Below, piece by piece: positions 29,356 through 39,526 of a DNA stretch of 64,000 bases. Source of the stretch: an uncultured Collinsella sp. (lineage in GTDB: Bacteria > Actinomycetota > Coriobacteriia > Coriobacteriales > Coriobacteriaceae). The translations under genes and the position numbers were made by a program. The stretch covers positions 15,858 through 79,857 of the forward strand of contig CALFDL010000227.1 in the NCBI GenBank assembly GCA_937950415.1, given 5' to 3'. Each line of letters opens with the position of its first letter. Position 1 is the stretch's first letter. Below the pieces are notes generated by a model that did no database searches, was not told the origin of the DNA, and was given only the letters and a program-made list of their open reading frames with translations.

Positions 29356-32184
29356 CTACGACCGGGCGCTCATGACGCCGTCGTAGCCGCTCCAAGGCCA
29401 ATCGACGTAGACCGTCGTGTTGCCCTTGATGATCGCCGAGAGGATCGGGGATCCGCTGGCGGCCGCGGTAGCGTATACACCGGGCGTGCTGGACACGCAG
29501 CGTGTCTTCCCGGCATCCTCGCACCAAGCGGACCACGGACCGGCAAACGTCAGCTTCGTCCCATACTTAACGATTTCGTCCTGTGGGTACAGGGCTGCCA
29601 GATCGAGCGCGGTGCCAAGGTCAGCGTCCGTCGACCAGTTATACGAGGTGTCCAGCACGCTGCTGCGGGTGGTCGTATCGTATTTCACCGAGCAAGGGTT
29701 GTAACCGTACAGCTTTAGCGCAGTACTGAGCTCTGTCGGCTCATACGGTTGCGTGTACTCCGGATCCGTGTACCAGCAGACCAGATCGAGGCAGTTGTCT
29801 TTCTGGCCGGCGGCAGTCGCATCGGGATTCACCTGATAGGTCGTTCCCATCTCGTACTCTTCCTCGAAACACGGATCGGTTTCACCGTCGACATAATAGA
29901 ACACCTTGATACCGACAGGAGGCGGAGGAGTCGTCGGTACGGGCAGAGCTTCCAGACCCTTCGAACTGTCGCCCTGATACGCATCGGCGATCATCTTGTG
30001 CCCATCGAACCCCGACGTGTCATCGAGGTTGAGCGCGAGCATCGCCTGTGCCGTGAGATAGCCACCCGAATGGGAGTTTTCCGGGATAAACGAATTGTCC
30101 TCGGCGAACTCTCGTGCCAGCTTGGCACCGCGCGGCTTCGGGATGGCGAATACCTGGATACACTTGATGGCTCCCTTGCTGCCGGATGCATCATCCGAAC
30201 CGCACAGCTCCGCATCATCCTGAGAACCGCCGTTGGAATGGAAACGCTCCGTCCAGCCCTGCCCATAGATGAAGGCGCGATAGGCGATATCGTATTCCTT
30301 GGCGATATCTCCCTCAAGCCAGATCTTGATGCCGGTAATGCGGTTGCTGACACCGCCCTTGCCAAGCTCCTCGCCGTCGCGGCAGACATCGGACCAAGAG
30401 AAATCGCCTGAATTTTCGATGCCCATGCATCCGGCGTAGCAGATTGCTCCAAAGTCGGCGTTGTTCTCGATGAAACCGTTGCCGTACTTGATCCTCAGCT
30501 TGAAGGCCTCGACGAAGAAGTTAGTGTCGCGAACGGGGTATCCCGCGCCGGCATAGGCGTCACGCCAGATCTGATCGCCGCAATTTGCAAGATGGCACCA
30601 GCTGCTTAACGTAAAGGCTTCGGGATACTTGTTTTCGGCAAACGGGCTTTCCCTCTCGTCTTTCATCCAGTACCAACGGTACAGGTATTTCACCGAACCG
30701 GTGCCGCCCTGATCGTAGGGCGTGCACGACTTTGACGGGTCGATGACAGAGATCGTCTTGCCGGGCTCGACACGCTCGGCATCGAGCGAGATCGTGCCCT
30801 TGAAGAACACTTCCTCGATACGCCACTTGTGCGCTTCATTCGACCATTCGGAACCGTTATTACCGTCGGAATGTAGCCGGACAATGGTTCCTTCGGCGGT
30901 CTTGCCGTCGGCTTGGTCGAAGGCAAAACCGGACGCATCGCTGATAATGTTGTACCTGCCGTTCTTGTCGACACTCTTTGTGACCCAAAATCGACCGGCG
31001 ATGGTATTGTCATCCCCGTAGAGCTGGAGCGTTTGAGTGGAAGAAGGAGCAGTGCGGTTTCGGGCGGCTTGCTCTAGATAGCTTCTTCCTCCCGACGCAT
31101 TGAGCACACGACTGAAACCTTTCACATGGGCCGGGAAGATGGTGAATGTGATACCGCCTCGTTCGTCCATCGCGCCGAGGCCCATGACGAAATTGCGCTG
31201 CGTATAATTCGTTCCGCTTCCGTCCGCACCGTAAAGATGAACGAGCGTGCCGGCGGCTTGTCTTGCGGCATCGACATCCAGACATTGATATCCGCTTTTG
31301 ACGGAATCCGGAACGATTGCGACGATCTTGCCGAACAGGGACATGTCCTGGTCGAGGGTAATTTTATCGATTTTTGCGTGGATATCACTGCCCATGAAGC
31401 TATCAGGGGAACTTGTAAATCCACTAAGAAAAACTCTGTTAGGTGTAGTCCAGTTATTGACGCCTCCGCACATGACGTTATAGACATAAACTCCAAGGCC
31501 GAAATAGGCGTCTTGAAGACCATTGTTCCGCTTATAGAGGTATGTCGGGGAGTCGTATCCCAAATCGGACCAACCAGTAATACTCCACCAACTTCGATTT
31601 CCGCCACCGAGGTTTTCGTTTGAGAAAGCGAAGTATTTATTATCTTCCCAGTCAGTTTTTTGGCAACTGCCGGCGATTCCAAGATTGCTCACCCAAAAAT
31701 GGAGATAGTTATCTTTATATTTGGATAACCAGATTCGATGACCGGTTGAAGTGTTTACATCGCCGCATTTTGCCTGGACGTGAACCTTAAAAATATCATA
31801 GAGCTCATCCGTGAAAATCGATTCGACGTATACCCTGAAGGAGAGGCAAAGCCATTGGCTTGCATCCCAACTATATCCGACCTGCCACCACCAGGTTTTA
31901 GATGTAACACCGATATAGTTCCCACCATGATGGACAACAGATCCATTTCCTGAACCGAACCAACCTCTTTCGTTCGGAGGATTTCCGCCCGGACAGGTTG
32001 CTCCGAACGCTAACTTGGGCATCATGAGCAATGCCAACGCCGCTGCGCCGGCTTCGAGTACACGGCGGCGGGAGAGTGCCTTATCATCACTTTCAGCAGA
32101 ATTATCCTGTGGGATGAGTTCCGCATTGACATGGGTGATCTCGTTACTTTTTTCCATTGGATCGTTCAGCTCCCTATTCGGCAT
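29356..32184 (-). CDS. Large secreted protein with a twin-arginine-like signal, ricin-B lectin-like and ChW-like repeats; candidate pilus-associated adhesin
   Basis: SRRRVL + hydrophobic stretch + AFG; CLDV.AA...GT.VHLY and ..KW lectin repeats; RITGIKIWLEG..AKEYDIAYR...GQGW ChW-like repeat; located downstream of tadC. Confidence 0.7.
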   Translation of the reverse strand: MPNRELNDPMEKSNEITHVNAELIPQDNSAESDDKALSRRRVLEAGAAALALLMMPKLAFGATCPGGNPPNERGWFGSGNGSVVHHGGNYIGVTSKTWWWQVGYSWDASQWLCLSFRVYVESIFTDELYDIFKVHVQAKCGDVNTSTGHRIWLSKYKDNYLHFWVSNLGIAGSCQKTDWEDNKYFAFSNENLGGGNRSWWSITGWSDLGYDSPTYLYKRNNGLQDAYFGLGVYVYNVMCGGVNNWTTPNRVFLSGFTSSPDSFMGSDIHAKIDKITLDQDMSLFGKIVAIVPDSVKSGYQCLDVDAARQAAGTLVHLYGADGSGTNYTQRNFVMGLGAMDERGGITFTIFPAHVKGFSRVLNASGGRSYLEQAARNRTAPSSTQTLQLYGDDNTIAGRFWVTKSVDKNGRYNIISDASGFAFDQADGKTAEGTIVRLHSDGNNGSEWSNEAHKWRIEEVFFKGTISLDAERVEPGKTISVIDPSKSCTPYDQGGTGSVKYLYRWYWMKDERESPFAENKYPEAFTLSSWCHLANCGDQIWRDAYAGAGYPVRDTNFFVEAFKLRIKYGNGFIENNADFGAICYAGCMGIENSGDFSWSDVCRDGEELGKGGVSNRITGIKIWLEGDIAKEYDIAYRAFIYGQGWTERFHSNGGSQDDAELCGSDDASGSKGAIKCIQVFAIPKPRGAKLAREFAEDNSFIPENSHSGGYLTAQAMLALNLDDTSGFDGHKMIADAYQGDSSKGLEALPVPTTPPPPVGIKVFYYVDGETDPCFEEEYEMGTTYQVNPDATAAGQKDNCLDLVCWYTDPEYTQPYEPTELSTALKLYGYNPCSVKYDTTTRSSVLDTSYNWSTDADLGTALDLAALYPQDEIVKYGTKLTFAGPWSAWCEDAGKTRCVSSTPGVYATAAASGSPILSAIIKGNTTVYVDWPWSGYDGVMSARS

Positions 32185-32572
32185 AACCGGTTTCTTCGTA
32201 GTTATCTTGAACGCACAATTTTAATGTGTAGAGGGCAAGGCAGATGGTATCGCAGAGCTGGATTACAACTGGCTCAGTGCTCATATGGGAAGCCGGAAGT
32301 AAAAAATAGATAGTTGCGACGATACCAGCCGCAAGTGCAACCTTATAGTTATTTTTGCAAAACGCAATGGCTGCGAGGGCGAGAATGATTACTGGAATTG
32401 CCGGTTGCAGGACAGACCAGACAGAATGCGAAAGTGCAATGTACCTGATAGAAGTTACCAAATTGCCTATAGCGTCCGGCACGGGCGCCACGCTCGCCAT
32501 GACCGCTGCAAACCCAAAAGCGTCCGCTGAGATAGGGATGTCTTTCACCCCGTTTTTAATCTTATCTAGCAT
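32174..32572 (-). CDS. Small multi-TM membrane protein
   Basis: Several hydrophobic helices; overlaps the start of the adhesin gene. Confidence 0.6.
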   Translation of the reverse strand: MLDKIKNGVKDIPISADAFGFAAVMASVAPVPDAIGNLVTSIRYIALSHSVWSVLQPAIPVIILALAAIAFCKNNYKVALAAGIVATIYFLLPASHMSTEPVVIQLCDTICLALYTLKLCVQDNYEETGYAE

Positions 32573-32673
32573 GAAATTCCCTAACCTACTTGAACATTTA
32601 TAGTTATCGAAAATTATAGCGCGGCAGACTGTAAAAAGTTACCGGTATGTCCGGGATTATGGGGAAAAAGGAG

Positions 32674-32707
32674 AGCAGCCGGGGTGCAAATCTGCACCCC
32701 GGCTGCT
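32674..32707 (-). terminator. Strong hairpin downstream of tadC
   Basis: AGCAGCCGGGGTGCA-AATC-TGCACCCCGGCTGCT. Confidence 0.7.
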
Positions 32708-32733
32708 TCACGTCATTAAGCTGATGTCCCCGG

Positions 32734-33645
32734 TTACATGATTTCCATGAGCATGCTTGCGGTCGGAATGATGAGCGGGGGAAGGATGAGGACGAGCACG
32801 GCGATCAAGAAGAACACCAGCGGGACCGCCATCTTCGTCGAGAGCTTGTTGATCTGCGCTGTCAGCGCATCGTAACGCGCCTTGCGTGCAAGCTTTGCCT
32901 GCGATTCGAGGACACCTGAGATCGAGGTGCCCTTTCTGGTCGCCTCGATCAACGCCGCGCAGAAATATCCCATGAGCGGTGAATCGCATCGGCGGCGCAT
33001 ATGGTCCAGGGCGTCTACGCGGGACACGCCGAGGTGCGAGATCTCCATATCGGTACGCGCGAACTCGTCTGCCAGCGGACCGAGGGCCTTGTTCTCGGCA
33101 AGCTGCCTGAATCCACGCTCCACGAGTACGCCGGCTGAGACGGAAATGGTGAGCAGTTCAAGTGCCGGTGGCAGATAGCGATCGATCTCTTCGCCGCGCG
33201 TCTTTCCCGCATGCGACAGCCAGACTCCGCAGACCGCCCATCCGCCGACGGCGCCGATGATTCCGACTAGGAGTGCCATCGCGATTCCGTATCCGCCCAC
33301 GAGGGCGGCACCGGCGAGCATGATGGCGGTGAAGATCGTGATCCCGAGGGAGATGGCACGCCAGGTCGATGGGGTTATCTTTAACCCTGCCAGGTCGAGC
33401 TTGTCCTGCAGTTCTCGGGATTCCGACAGCTTGAGCGGGATGACCTTTTCGAACGCCTCTCCGGCGCGGTCGATTGCCTCGGCGATCTTCATGCGCTGCG
33501 TCGGTTTGGCGTGCATCCCCTTACGGGCGGCGATGGACATCCTGGCGCGCGCCAGCGGCTTGCGGAAGGGCTCGCCGGCGAGAACATAAGTCATACCGCC
33601 GGCAGCACAGGCGAACAGGAGCACGAGGAGATATTGGATATTCAT
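32734..33645 (-). CDS. tadC: Tad pilus inner-membrane protein TadC (T2SSF)
   Basis: LPPALELLTISVSAG and KMAVPLVFF motifs; position after tadB. Confidence 0.85.
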   Translation of the reverse strand: MNIQYLLVLLFACAAGGMTYVLAGEPFRKPLARARMSIAARKGMHAKPTQRMKIAEAIDRAGEAFEKVIPLKLSESRELQDKLDLAGLKITPSTWRAISLGITIFTAIMLAGAALVGGYGIAMALLVGIIGAVGGWAVCGVWLSHAGKTRGEEIDRYLPPALELLTISVSAGVLVERGFRQLAENKALGPLADEFARTDMEISHLGVSRVDALDHMRRRCDSPLMGYFCAALIEATRKGTSISGVLESQAKLARKARYDALTAQINKLSTKMAVPLVFFLIAVLVLILPPLIIPTASMLMEIM

Positions 33646-33657
33646 TTCGATTGGCTC

Positions 33658-34563
33658 CTATTCCACGTCGATGTCTGCCATTTTGTAGATGATGACGGAG
33701 CCCGTTGCCGCAAATAGCACCACGACGATCAGCACGGGAATGCCGAGCGGGTCCTGCGTATAGAAATCATATGCCTGCGGAATGCCGACCATGATGATTG
33801 CGAACAGGATGAGCAGCATCACGATAAGCGCCTTCATGGATGCGATTACAGATGACGTCTCCGACTCGATATGCCGACGGAGCGACAACCGGGCGTCGAT
33901 GGTGTCTCCGATGCGCTCGAGCGAGTCAGCCAGCGATCCGCCAACCTCCTTGTGCGAAGCCACGGCGGCCTGCAGTAGGACAAGGTCCTTGCTGCCGGTT
34001 CGTTTCGCCATGTCATCGAGCGCGGCGACGATATCGCCATCGATTTGCATTGCGCCGGCACAGGCCAGGAGCTCGGATTTCAGAGGGTCGTCTGAATTTT
34101 CCCCGACAGAGCGCAGGGCTCTTTCAATCGAGGATCCGGCACGCATGTTTTCCGCGACCATGGGAAGCGACCGCGCCAATTGCTCATCGAATCGTGCTTT
34201 ACGGCTCTTTCCGCGGGAACGCACCCACAGCTCGGCAATCAGGGGTCCGATGAGGGCAAAACCGATTCCGATAAGTCCAAGGGCCATGAATCCGATGAGG
34301 GCACCCGCTCCCGCGAGCAAGACGAGGAGGAGAATCCACGTCTTGCCATTGACTTCGATACCGGCTTCCGCAAGACGCGGAAGGGGCGTGGGAACTTTTT
34401 TGTCCTTATCGTCCGACTCGCCGGTTCTAAGGGCAGTCGAATTCCTCACGCGACGTACATCGCCGGCAGCCGACAGCCCGCAGAACAGGGAATAGAGGCC
34501 AACGGTGATGGAAAGCAATAGGAAGAAAACGCTCAGCATCATGATGATGACGGCAGGTTCCAT
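33658..34563 (-). CDS. tadB: Tad pilus inner-membrane protein TadB
   Basis: FDEQL...MRAGSS and VGGSLADSL motifs; TAATG coupling to cpaF. Confidence 0.85.
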   Translation of the reverse strand: MEPAVIIMMLSVFFLLLSITVGLYSLFCGLSAAGDVRRVRNSTALRTGESDDKDKKVPTPLPRLAEAGIEVNGKTWILLLVLLAGAGALIGFMALGLIGIGFALIGPLIAELWVRSRGKSRKARFDEQLARSLPMVAENMRAGSSIERALRSVGENSDDPLKSELLACAGAMQIDGDIVAALDDMAKRTGSKDLVLLQAAVASHKEVGGSLADSLERIGDTIDARLSLRRHIESETSSVIASMKALIVMLLILFAIIMVGIPQAYDFYTQDPLGIPVLIVVVLFAATGSVIIYKMADIDVE

Positions 34564-35858
34564 TACCAGACACCGCCTTCGAACCAACGGGGGTCGTACT
34601 CCGCGTCCGCGTCGAGGATCTTTTCCTTTAGACGCGCCGGCTGGTATCCAGTGGCGACATGCCTGCCATTTTCCGGCGAGCCCTCCCAGTGGAACAGTTC
34701 GTTGCGGGTCACGTTACCGTCGGAAAAGCCCTCGACGGCTGTGATGGACTCGATACGGCGGTAGCCGCCCCTCCAGCGCTTCACCTGCACGACGACATCG
34801 ATCGCGGCACCGATCTGGCGGCGGATCGCCTCCATGGTCATGTTGCCCTGGCTCTTCAGGATCATGTTCTCGATACGCGTGAATGCACCGGCGCAGTCGT
34901 TCGCATGGATCGTCGTGAGCGATCCGTCGTGACCCGTCTGCATGGCCTGAAGCATCTCGTAAGTCTCATCGTCACGGCACTCGCCGACGACGATACGGTC
35001 GGGACGCTCACGGAGTGCGCCGACCAGAAGCTCATGCATCGTAAACTCGCCCTTGCCCTCTGAGTTCGGCGGGCAGGCGACGCGGGGGATCACGATGCGC
35101 TGCTTCAGCTGCAGTTCTCGCGTATCCTCGATGGTCACGACGCGCTCGTTATAGCCGATGAAGGCGGAGAGTGCGTTCAGCATCGTGGTCTTACCGGAAC
35201 CGGTGCCGCCGGAGATGATGAAGTTCGCACGGGCCTTGACGGCCGATTTGAGGAACATGTACATAGGCTCGCTCATGGCACCGCGCTCCAGCAGGTCCTC
35301 AGCGGTTAGCTTGTCCTTGCTGAATTTACGGATATTGAGCGACCAGCCGTTGGGGGAGACCTTCGGGTGGGCTGCGTGCACACGGGAGCCGTCGGCAAGG
35401 GTGGCGTCCATCTCGGGAAACGAATCGTCGCAGCGGCGGTTCGCCTCCTCGGCGATACGTCCGATAAGCCGACCGACCTCATCATGCGAGACGAGGTCGA
35501 TACCGGGGCAATCGACGATCTGGCCGTCCACTTCGGCGCGGGCGACCGGCGTGATAAATGTTCCATTCGGCTCGACGCCGACGGGATCGATGAAGATCTC
35601 GGCAACCTTGGGATCGTCCTGCAAGGGCTGCAGGGGACCCAGACCGATGAAATCGTCAATGGTGCTTTTGATGATGTAGCCGATCCAGTTTTCGTCGGAG
35701 ATACCGAAATCGGCGCACACTTCATGGGCGACACCGTCGATCTGGGCCGGAAGCGCCTGACGGTCGATCGAGCCGCCGTCGGCCATGGTCACGCCGAGCA
35801 GGTCGCGCATCTCCTGGCGGATACGCTCCTTGATCCTGAGAACGGTTTCGTCTGCCAT
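34563..35858 (-). CDS. cpaF: Tad pilus assembly ATPase CpaF/TadA
   Basis: GLGPLQPL, GGTGSGKTT, TIEDTREL, RPDRIVVGECR and TGHDGSLTTIHAN motifs. Confidence 0.95.
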   Translation of the reverse strand: MADETVLRIKERIRQEMRDLLGVTMADGGSIDRQALPAQIDGVAHEVCADFGISDENWIGYIIKSTIDDFIGLGPLQPLQDDPKVAEIFIDPVGVEPNGTFITPVARAEVDGQIVDCPGIDLVSHDEVGRLIGRIAEEANRRCDDSFPEMDATLADGSRVHAAHPKVSPNGWSLNIRKFSKDKLTAEDLLERGAMSEPMYMFLKSAVKARANFIISGGTGSGKTTMLNALSAFIGYNERVVTIEDTRELQLKQRIVIPRVACPPNSEGKGEFTMHELLVGALRERPDRIVVGECRDDETYEMLQAMQTGHDGSLTTIHANDCAGAFTRIENMILKSQGNMTMEAIRRQIGAAIDVVVQVKRWRGGYRRIESITAVEGFSDGNVTRNELFHWEGSPENGRHVATGYQPARLKEKILDADAEYDPRWFEGGVW

Positions 35859-35861
35859 GGG

Positions 35862-37370
35862 CTACTCACCGCTCTCGGTGGTATCGGCAGAAGAGGGCAG
35901 GGTAAGGGTAAGGCCACCGGCGGTGCGGATCTTACCTGCCTGCTCGGGCGTGACCTCGAGCGTCACGGTGCTGTATCCGTCAGAGGAGCCGCTACCGGAG
36001 CTGAAGTTGCCGTCGAGGGCTGCGATGCGCACGGAGTCGGCGATGACGGTGAACCCATCGCCGCCGAGGGAGCCGTCGTTGGGCTGGATCACCTTGACCC
36101 TGTCGTTTACGCGGAGCATGCCGCCCATGCCGGACTGGGCATCGACGGAGATGGTCACGGCCTCCATGCCGTCCCCGATCGCGGCGGCAAGGGATTCAGG
36201 GTTGTCCTTACCGGCAGTCGATGCGTTGGTGAGCTGGGAGCCCTTGGCGATGTACTGGGTTGCGACGCGACCGACGGGAGTCTTGGAGGAGTCGTCGATA
36301 TCCTTCTTGGTGATTGCGCCGTCCGCCACTGTGCTGTTCGGGACGGAGACGAAGGCGAGGTCGCTTGCGGAGATCTCGTCGCCGGCGCGGATGGTCTTCG
36401 TGGCTGCGACGACTTCGGTGGTGCCGGAGAACGCTTCTTCGATTCGGTTGTTGGCGTCGATCTCCGATACGACGGCGACGCCTCCCGCGAGGACGGCGAT
36501 GACAGCGAGACCGGCGGTGACCTTCTGCAGGCGGGAGACCTTCACGGCGATCTTCTCCATGCCCGTGAGGCTCGGACCGTTGGGAGACGCGGCGCCGCGG
36601 CGGCCGGCTGCCTTCTTTTGGGCTTTCGCTGCCTTGGCTTCTTCTTTGGCCTTCTGCTTCTCGGCCTTGCGTTCGGCACGGGACGGCTTCGATGGCTTTG
36701 CAGGCTTCTCGCGCTTCTTTTTCGGTTCCTGTTCCTCAGCAGGTTCAGGATCGGTAAAGAAGCTGGAGGATTCCATCTCGTTGACGGGAATGTACTTGTC
36801 GGTCTCCTGCGAGGGATTATACGGAAGGGGCGAGGCCTGATGGTACGCGGTTTCCGGTTCTGGCTGGGATGCGGTGGCATCCTGTGCCGGAAGCGTGGCG
36901 GTCGTGTCGGGTGCCGGCTGGCGATACGGATTCACGGCAGGGGAGGGCTGGTCGTAGACCGGATGCGGCTCGGATGCCGATGCGGCCGGGACATATGCAG
37001 GCGGCTCATAGGGGGCAGGGCGCTGCACTGTAGGTGCCTGAGGGTGTTGCGGAACCGTCTCTTGCGCCTTCTCGGCAACCGTATCGGGCGTCGGTGTGGC
37101 ATATGCCGGCATAGCCGGAACCTGCGGCTGATAGCAAGGTGCGGCAGCCGCGACCGGTGCCGGCTGGACGGGCGGCTGGGACATGCCCGGCTGGCTGGCG
37201 GCTTGAGGTGCGGGAGGCTCGGGCTGCAAAGCCTGTGCAGTCTGCGCGTCCTGCATCGCCTTGTAGGATGCGGCGTGGAGATTCGCGATCAGGGCGGCTG
37301 CATCGCCTGCCGAAAGCTCGCCTGAACGGACTTTCGCGAGGATCGCATCGGTATCGTTGGTGTCTGGCAT
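35862..37370 (-). CDS. cpaB: CpaB/RcpC (SAF domain) with a long Pro/Ala/Gln-rich N-terminal extension
   Basis: VVAATKTIRAGDEISASDL, GMEAVTISVD..SGMGG.L...DRV and VTLEVTPEQA motifs. Confidence 0.85.
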   Translation of the reverse strand: MPDTNDTDAILAKVRSGELSAGDAAALIANLHAASYKAMQDAQTAQALQPEPPAPQAASQPGMSQPPVQPAPVAAAAPCYQPQVPAMPAYATPTPDTVAEKAQETVPQHPQAPTVQRPAPYEPPAYVPAASASEPHPVYDQPSPAVNPYRQPAPDTTATLPAQDATASQPEPETAYHQASPLPYNPSQETDKYIPVNEMESSSFFTDPEPAEEQEPKKKREKPAKPSKPSRAERKAEKQKAKEEAKAAKAQKKAAGRRGAASPNGPSLTGMEKIAVKVSRLQKVTAGLAVIAVLAGGVAVVSEIDANNRIEEAFSGTTEVVAATKTIRAGDEISASDLAFVSVPNSTVADGAITKKDIDDSSKTPVGRVATQYIAKGSQLTNASTAGKDNPESLAAAIGDGMEAVTISVDAQSGMGGMLRVNDRVKVIQPNDGSLGGDGFTVIADSVRIAALDGNFSSGSGSSDGYSTVTLEVTPEQAGKIRTAGGLTLTLPSSADTTESGE

Positions 37371-37490
37371 GGTGTTCCTTTCTCGCTTTCCTGTGTAGAG
37401 ATGCCGTCAGACACGCGGCATAGCAAAAGGATATCAGGCATTGGCACGAAGTGTCGCCTGATATCCTTTCATTTTAGCTCATCGGGAAGG

Positions 37491-38093
37491 CTATTTATTG
37501 TTCGTTGCCTGGTTGACGGCTGTTTTCATCTCGTCGATCACTTCTTGCGGAAGCTCTTTCGTGGACGTGTATTCTTCGTATTCGGGGGTGTCCGAACCGG
37601 CTTTGAAGGAATACTTTCCGTTACCCGAATCCGCCGGTCTCCATGCCTTTCCCGCAGTGTAGGGGACGGCATGTGCCGTGACGTGCGCTCCGATGGGGAT
37701 ATTGAAATTTCCGAGCGAATAGGTCGCAAAGTATCCTTTCAAGGACGATTTCGTCTGGATGCCCCAGGCCCACGCGCGTTTGCTCTGGGGGACGGCCGAG
37801 GAGGGGGCTTCATAGAACCAGACCTCGACTTCGCCGTTGAACCCGTTGGCACGCAGGGACTTGACGGCCGCGGTCGCGATTGCGAGTCCGGGGTCATCGG
37901 AGTTCTTCGCGACAAGGAGGTTCTGCGACGCCATGGTGGCGTCCCTGGCTGCGGAGCAGTCATTTGTCTGGGAGTTCTGTTGGTCGAGGGCTGCGGAGAG
38001 CTCGAATGCGAAACCGAGTGCGATGAGGAGCACGAGCATGATGATGACGTTCAGGATGCTGATTGCGCCGGATTCGCTGCGAACGCGCGTCAT
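37491..38093 (-). CDS. TadG/TadE-like pseudopilin
   Basis: ESG|AISIL prepilin-like site followed by a hydrophobic helix. Confidence 0.7.
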   Translation of the reverse strand: MTRVRSESGAISILNVIIMLVLLIALGFAFELSAALDQQNSQTNDCSAARDATMASQNLLVAKNSDDPGLAIATAAVKSLRANGFNGEVEVWFYEAPSSAVPQSKRAWAWGIQTKSSLKGYFATYSLGNFNIPIGAHVTAHAVPYTAGKAWRPADSGNGKYSFKAGSDTPEYEEYTSTKELPQEVIDEMKTAVNQATNNK

Positions 38094-38578
38094 CGCGACA
38101 CCTCCATCTTCTCGGAAACCGGGACCTCCACTTTGATCGTTTTCGACATCTTGATACCGTCGAAGCTGCCGACCGAAATCAGGGTCGGGATTTTATAGTC
38201 GACGGTCGATTCGAGAAGCGCCGTGGTGCTTGATTTCGAGATGGTCGTGATACCCGTGGAACCGGAATCGGTGACGGTGGCCTCATCGGACCTGTCCGAA
38301 TAGGAGACCTTGGAGTTCGTCACGGTGATGTTGTTCTTGACGATACCCGGCGTGTTCGATGCGAGTTCATCCTTTACCGCCTGGTTTACGTTTCCGGATG
38401 CGATTGCGGCGGAGAAATCGGACTTCATCGCGGCCGACTCGATTGCGGCGCTCATTGCGGTGCCCTCATATGCTATCAGGCAAACTTGGATAAGGCAGAA
38501 TGCGAGGACGATGAGCATGGGGAGGACGATGGCGGCCTCGAGGACTTCCGAGCCTCTTTCAGAATGGGTCCTTACCAC
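38090..38578 (-). CDS. tadE: TadE-like pseudopilin
   Basis: GTG start at 38578 after GGAGG; ERG|SEVLEAAIVLP. Confidence 0.8.
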   Translation of the reverse strand: MVRTHSERGSEVLEAAIVLPMLIVLAFCLIQVCLIAYEGTAMSAAIESAAMKSDFSAAIASGNVNQAVKDELASNTPGIVKNNITVTNSKVSYSDRSDEATVTDSGSTGITTISKSSTTALLESTVDYKIPTLISVGSFDGIKMSKTIKVEVPVSEKMEVSR

Positions 38579-39087
38579 GAGGACGCACCTCCTTCCACTG
38601 TTGCATCCTTTAACTCCACGGCGTTGGATTCGATCGTCATGCCGCCTCCGAACCCTCCGGCGGCATAGATTGCATCGCCGAGGACGGTCTGTGGCTGGAT
38701 GGTCACGGATACGGTCGCGGTGCATTTCCGGGTGGAGACATTCGACTCCCTGTCCGTATAGGACGATCCGTTTGAATCGGGAATCCGGTGCGTGTACGCT
38801 TCCCTCTCGGCATCCGAGACATCTGTCTTGATCTTCATGTTTTCAGCGAAAAAAGAGGAGGCGGCATTTGCGGCCGCCTCCTTAGCTGATGAGGCATCGC
38901 CGGCGGGGTTTACGGCGAGCTCTCGGGCGGCTGCATGGGCGGCGTTGTCGACAGCGGTTGTCGCCGCTGAAATCTGGCCGAATTCCATGGCAGCCATGGC
39001 AAAAATCAGGAGGAACGGGACACCGAGCGCAAATTCGATGATTGCGGCGCCCGATTCGGACTCCGGTTTCTTGAAGATGCCTTTCAC
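38572..39087 (-). CDS. tadE: TadE-like pseudopilin
   Basis: ESG|AAIIEFALGVP...AAHAAAR. Confidence 0.85.
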   Translation of the reverse strand: MKGIFKKPESESGAAIIEFALGVPFLLIFAMAAMEFGQISAATTAVDNAAHAAARELAVNPAGDASSAKEAAANAASSFFAENMKIKTDVSDAEREAYTHRIPDSNGSSYTDRESNVSTRKCTATVSVTIQPQTVLGDAIYAAGGFGGGMTIESNAVELKDATVEGGASSW

Positions 39088-39178
39088 GTCCTGTTCCTCC
39101 TTGGTTGCAGAATTCTCGATTCTCGAAACAAATACCTTAGTAGTATGGTATTATGCTATCAGAGAGAAAGGAGGTTGA

Positions 39179-39421
39179 CTACGCCTTCGGGTTCGTGCCG
39201 GGCTTGATGTTGCCGGCGGAGTTGCTGGCGGCGTTGCGGGCGCCGTCGAACCACTTGGTGATGGACGTGCCGGTCTTGTCCATCTGGTCGCGCATCTGGT
39301 TGCCGAAGGCGATCAGAGCGGCGCCGATCACGACGGCGACAATGGCAACGATGACGTACTCGACGGTGTCGGCGCCGCCGGCGATCTCACCGGCATAAAC
39401 GCGATTGCGGATAGAATTCAT
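39179..39421 (-). CDS. flp: Flp major pilin
   Basis: AAGGAG RBS before ATG 39421; G|ADTVEY Flp motif followed by a hydrophobic helix; 80 aa. Confidence 0.85.
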   Translation of the reverse strand: MNSIRNRVYAGEIAGGADTVEYVIVAIVAVVIGAALIAFGNQMRDQMDKTGTSITKWFDGARNAASNSAGNIKPGTNPKA

Positions 39422-39526
39422 GGGAATTCTCCTTCCTTTGCGGACGGTTACAGAAACTCTATTCTCAGTTGTTCCTCGCAGATCGGCTACCTCTAACTTC
39501 TCTGCGGGGGACAACGGGATAGACTG

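Noticed and set aside
35367..37325. 652-aa plus-strand ORF
   Set aside because: Antisense shadow of cpaF/cpaB.
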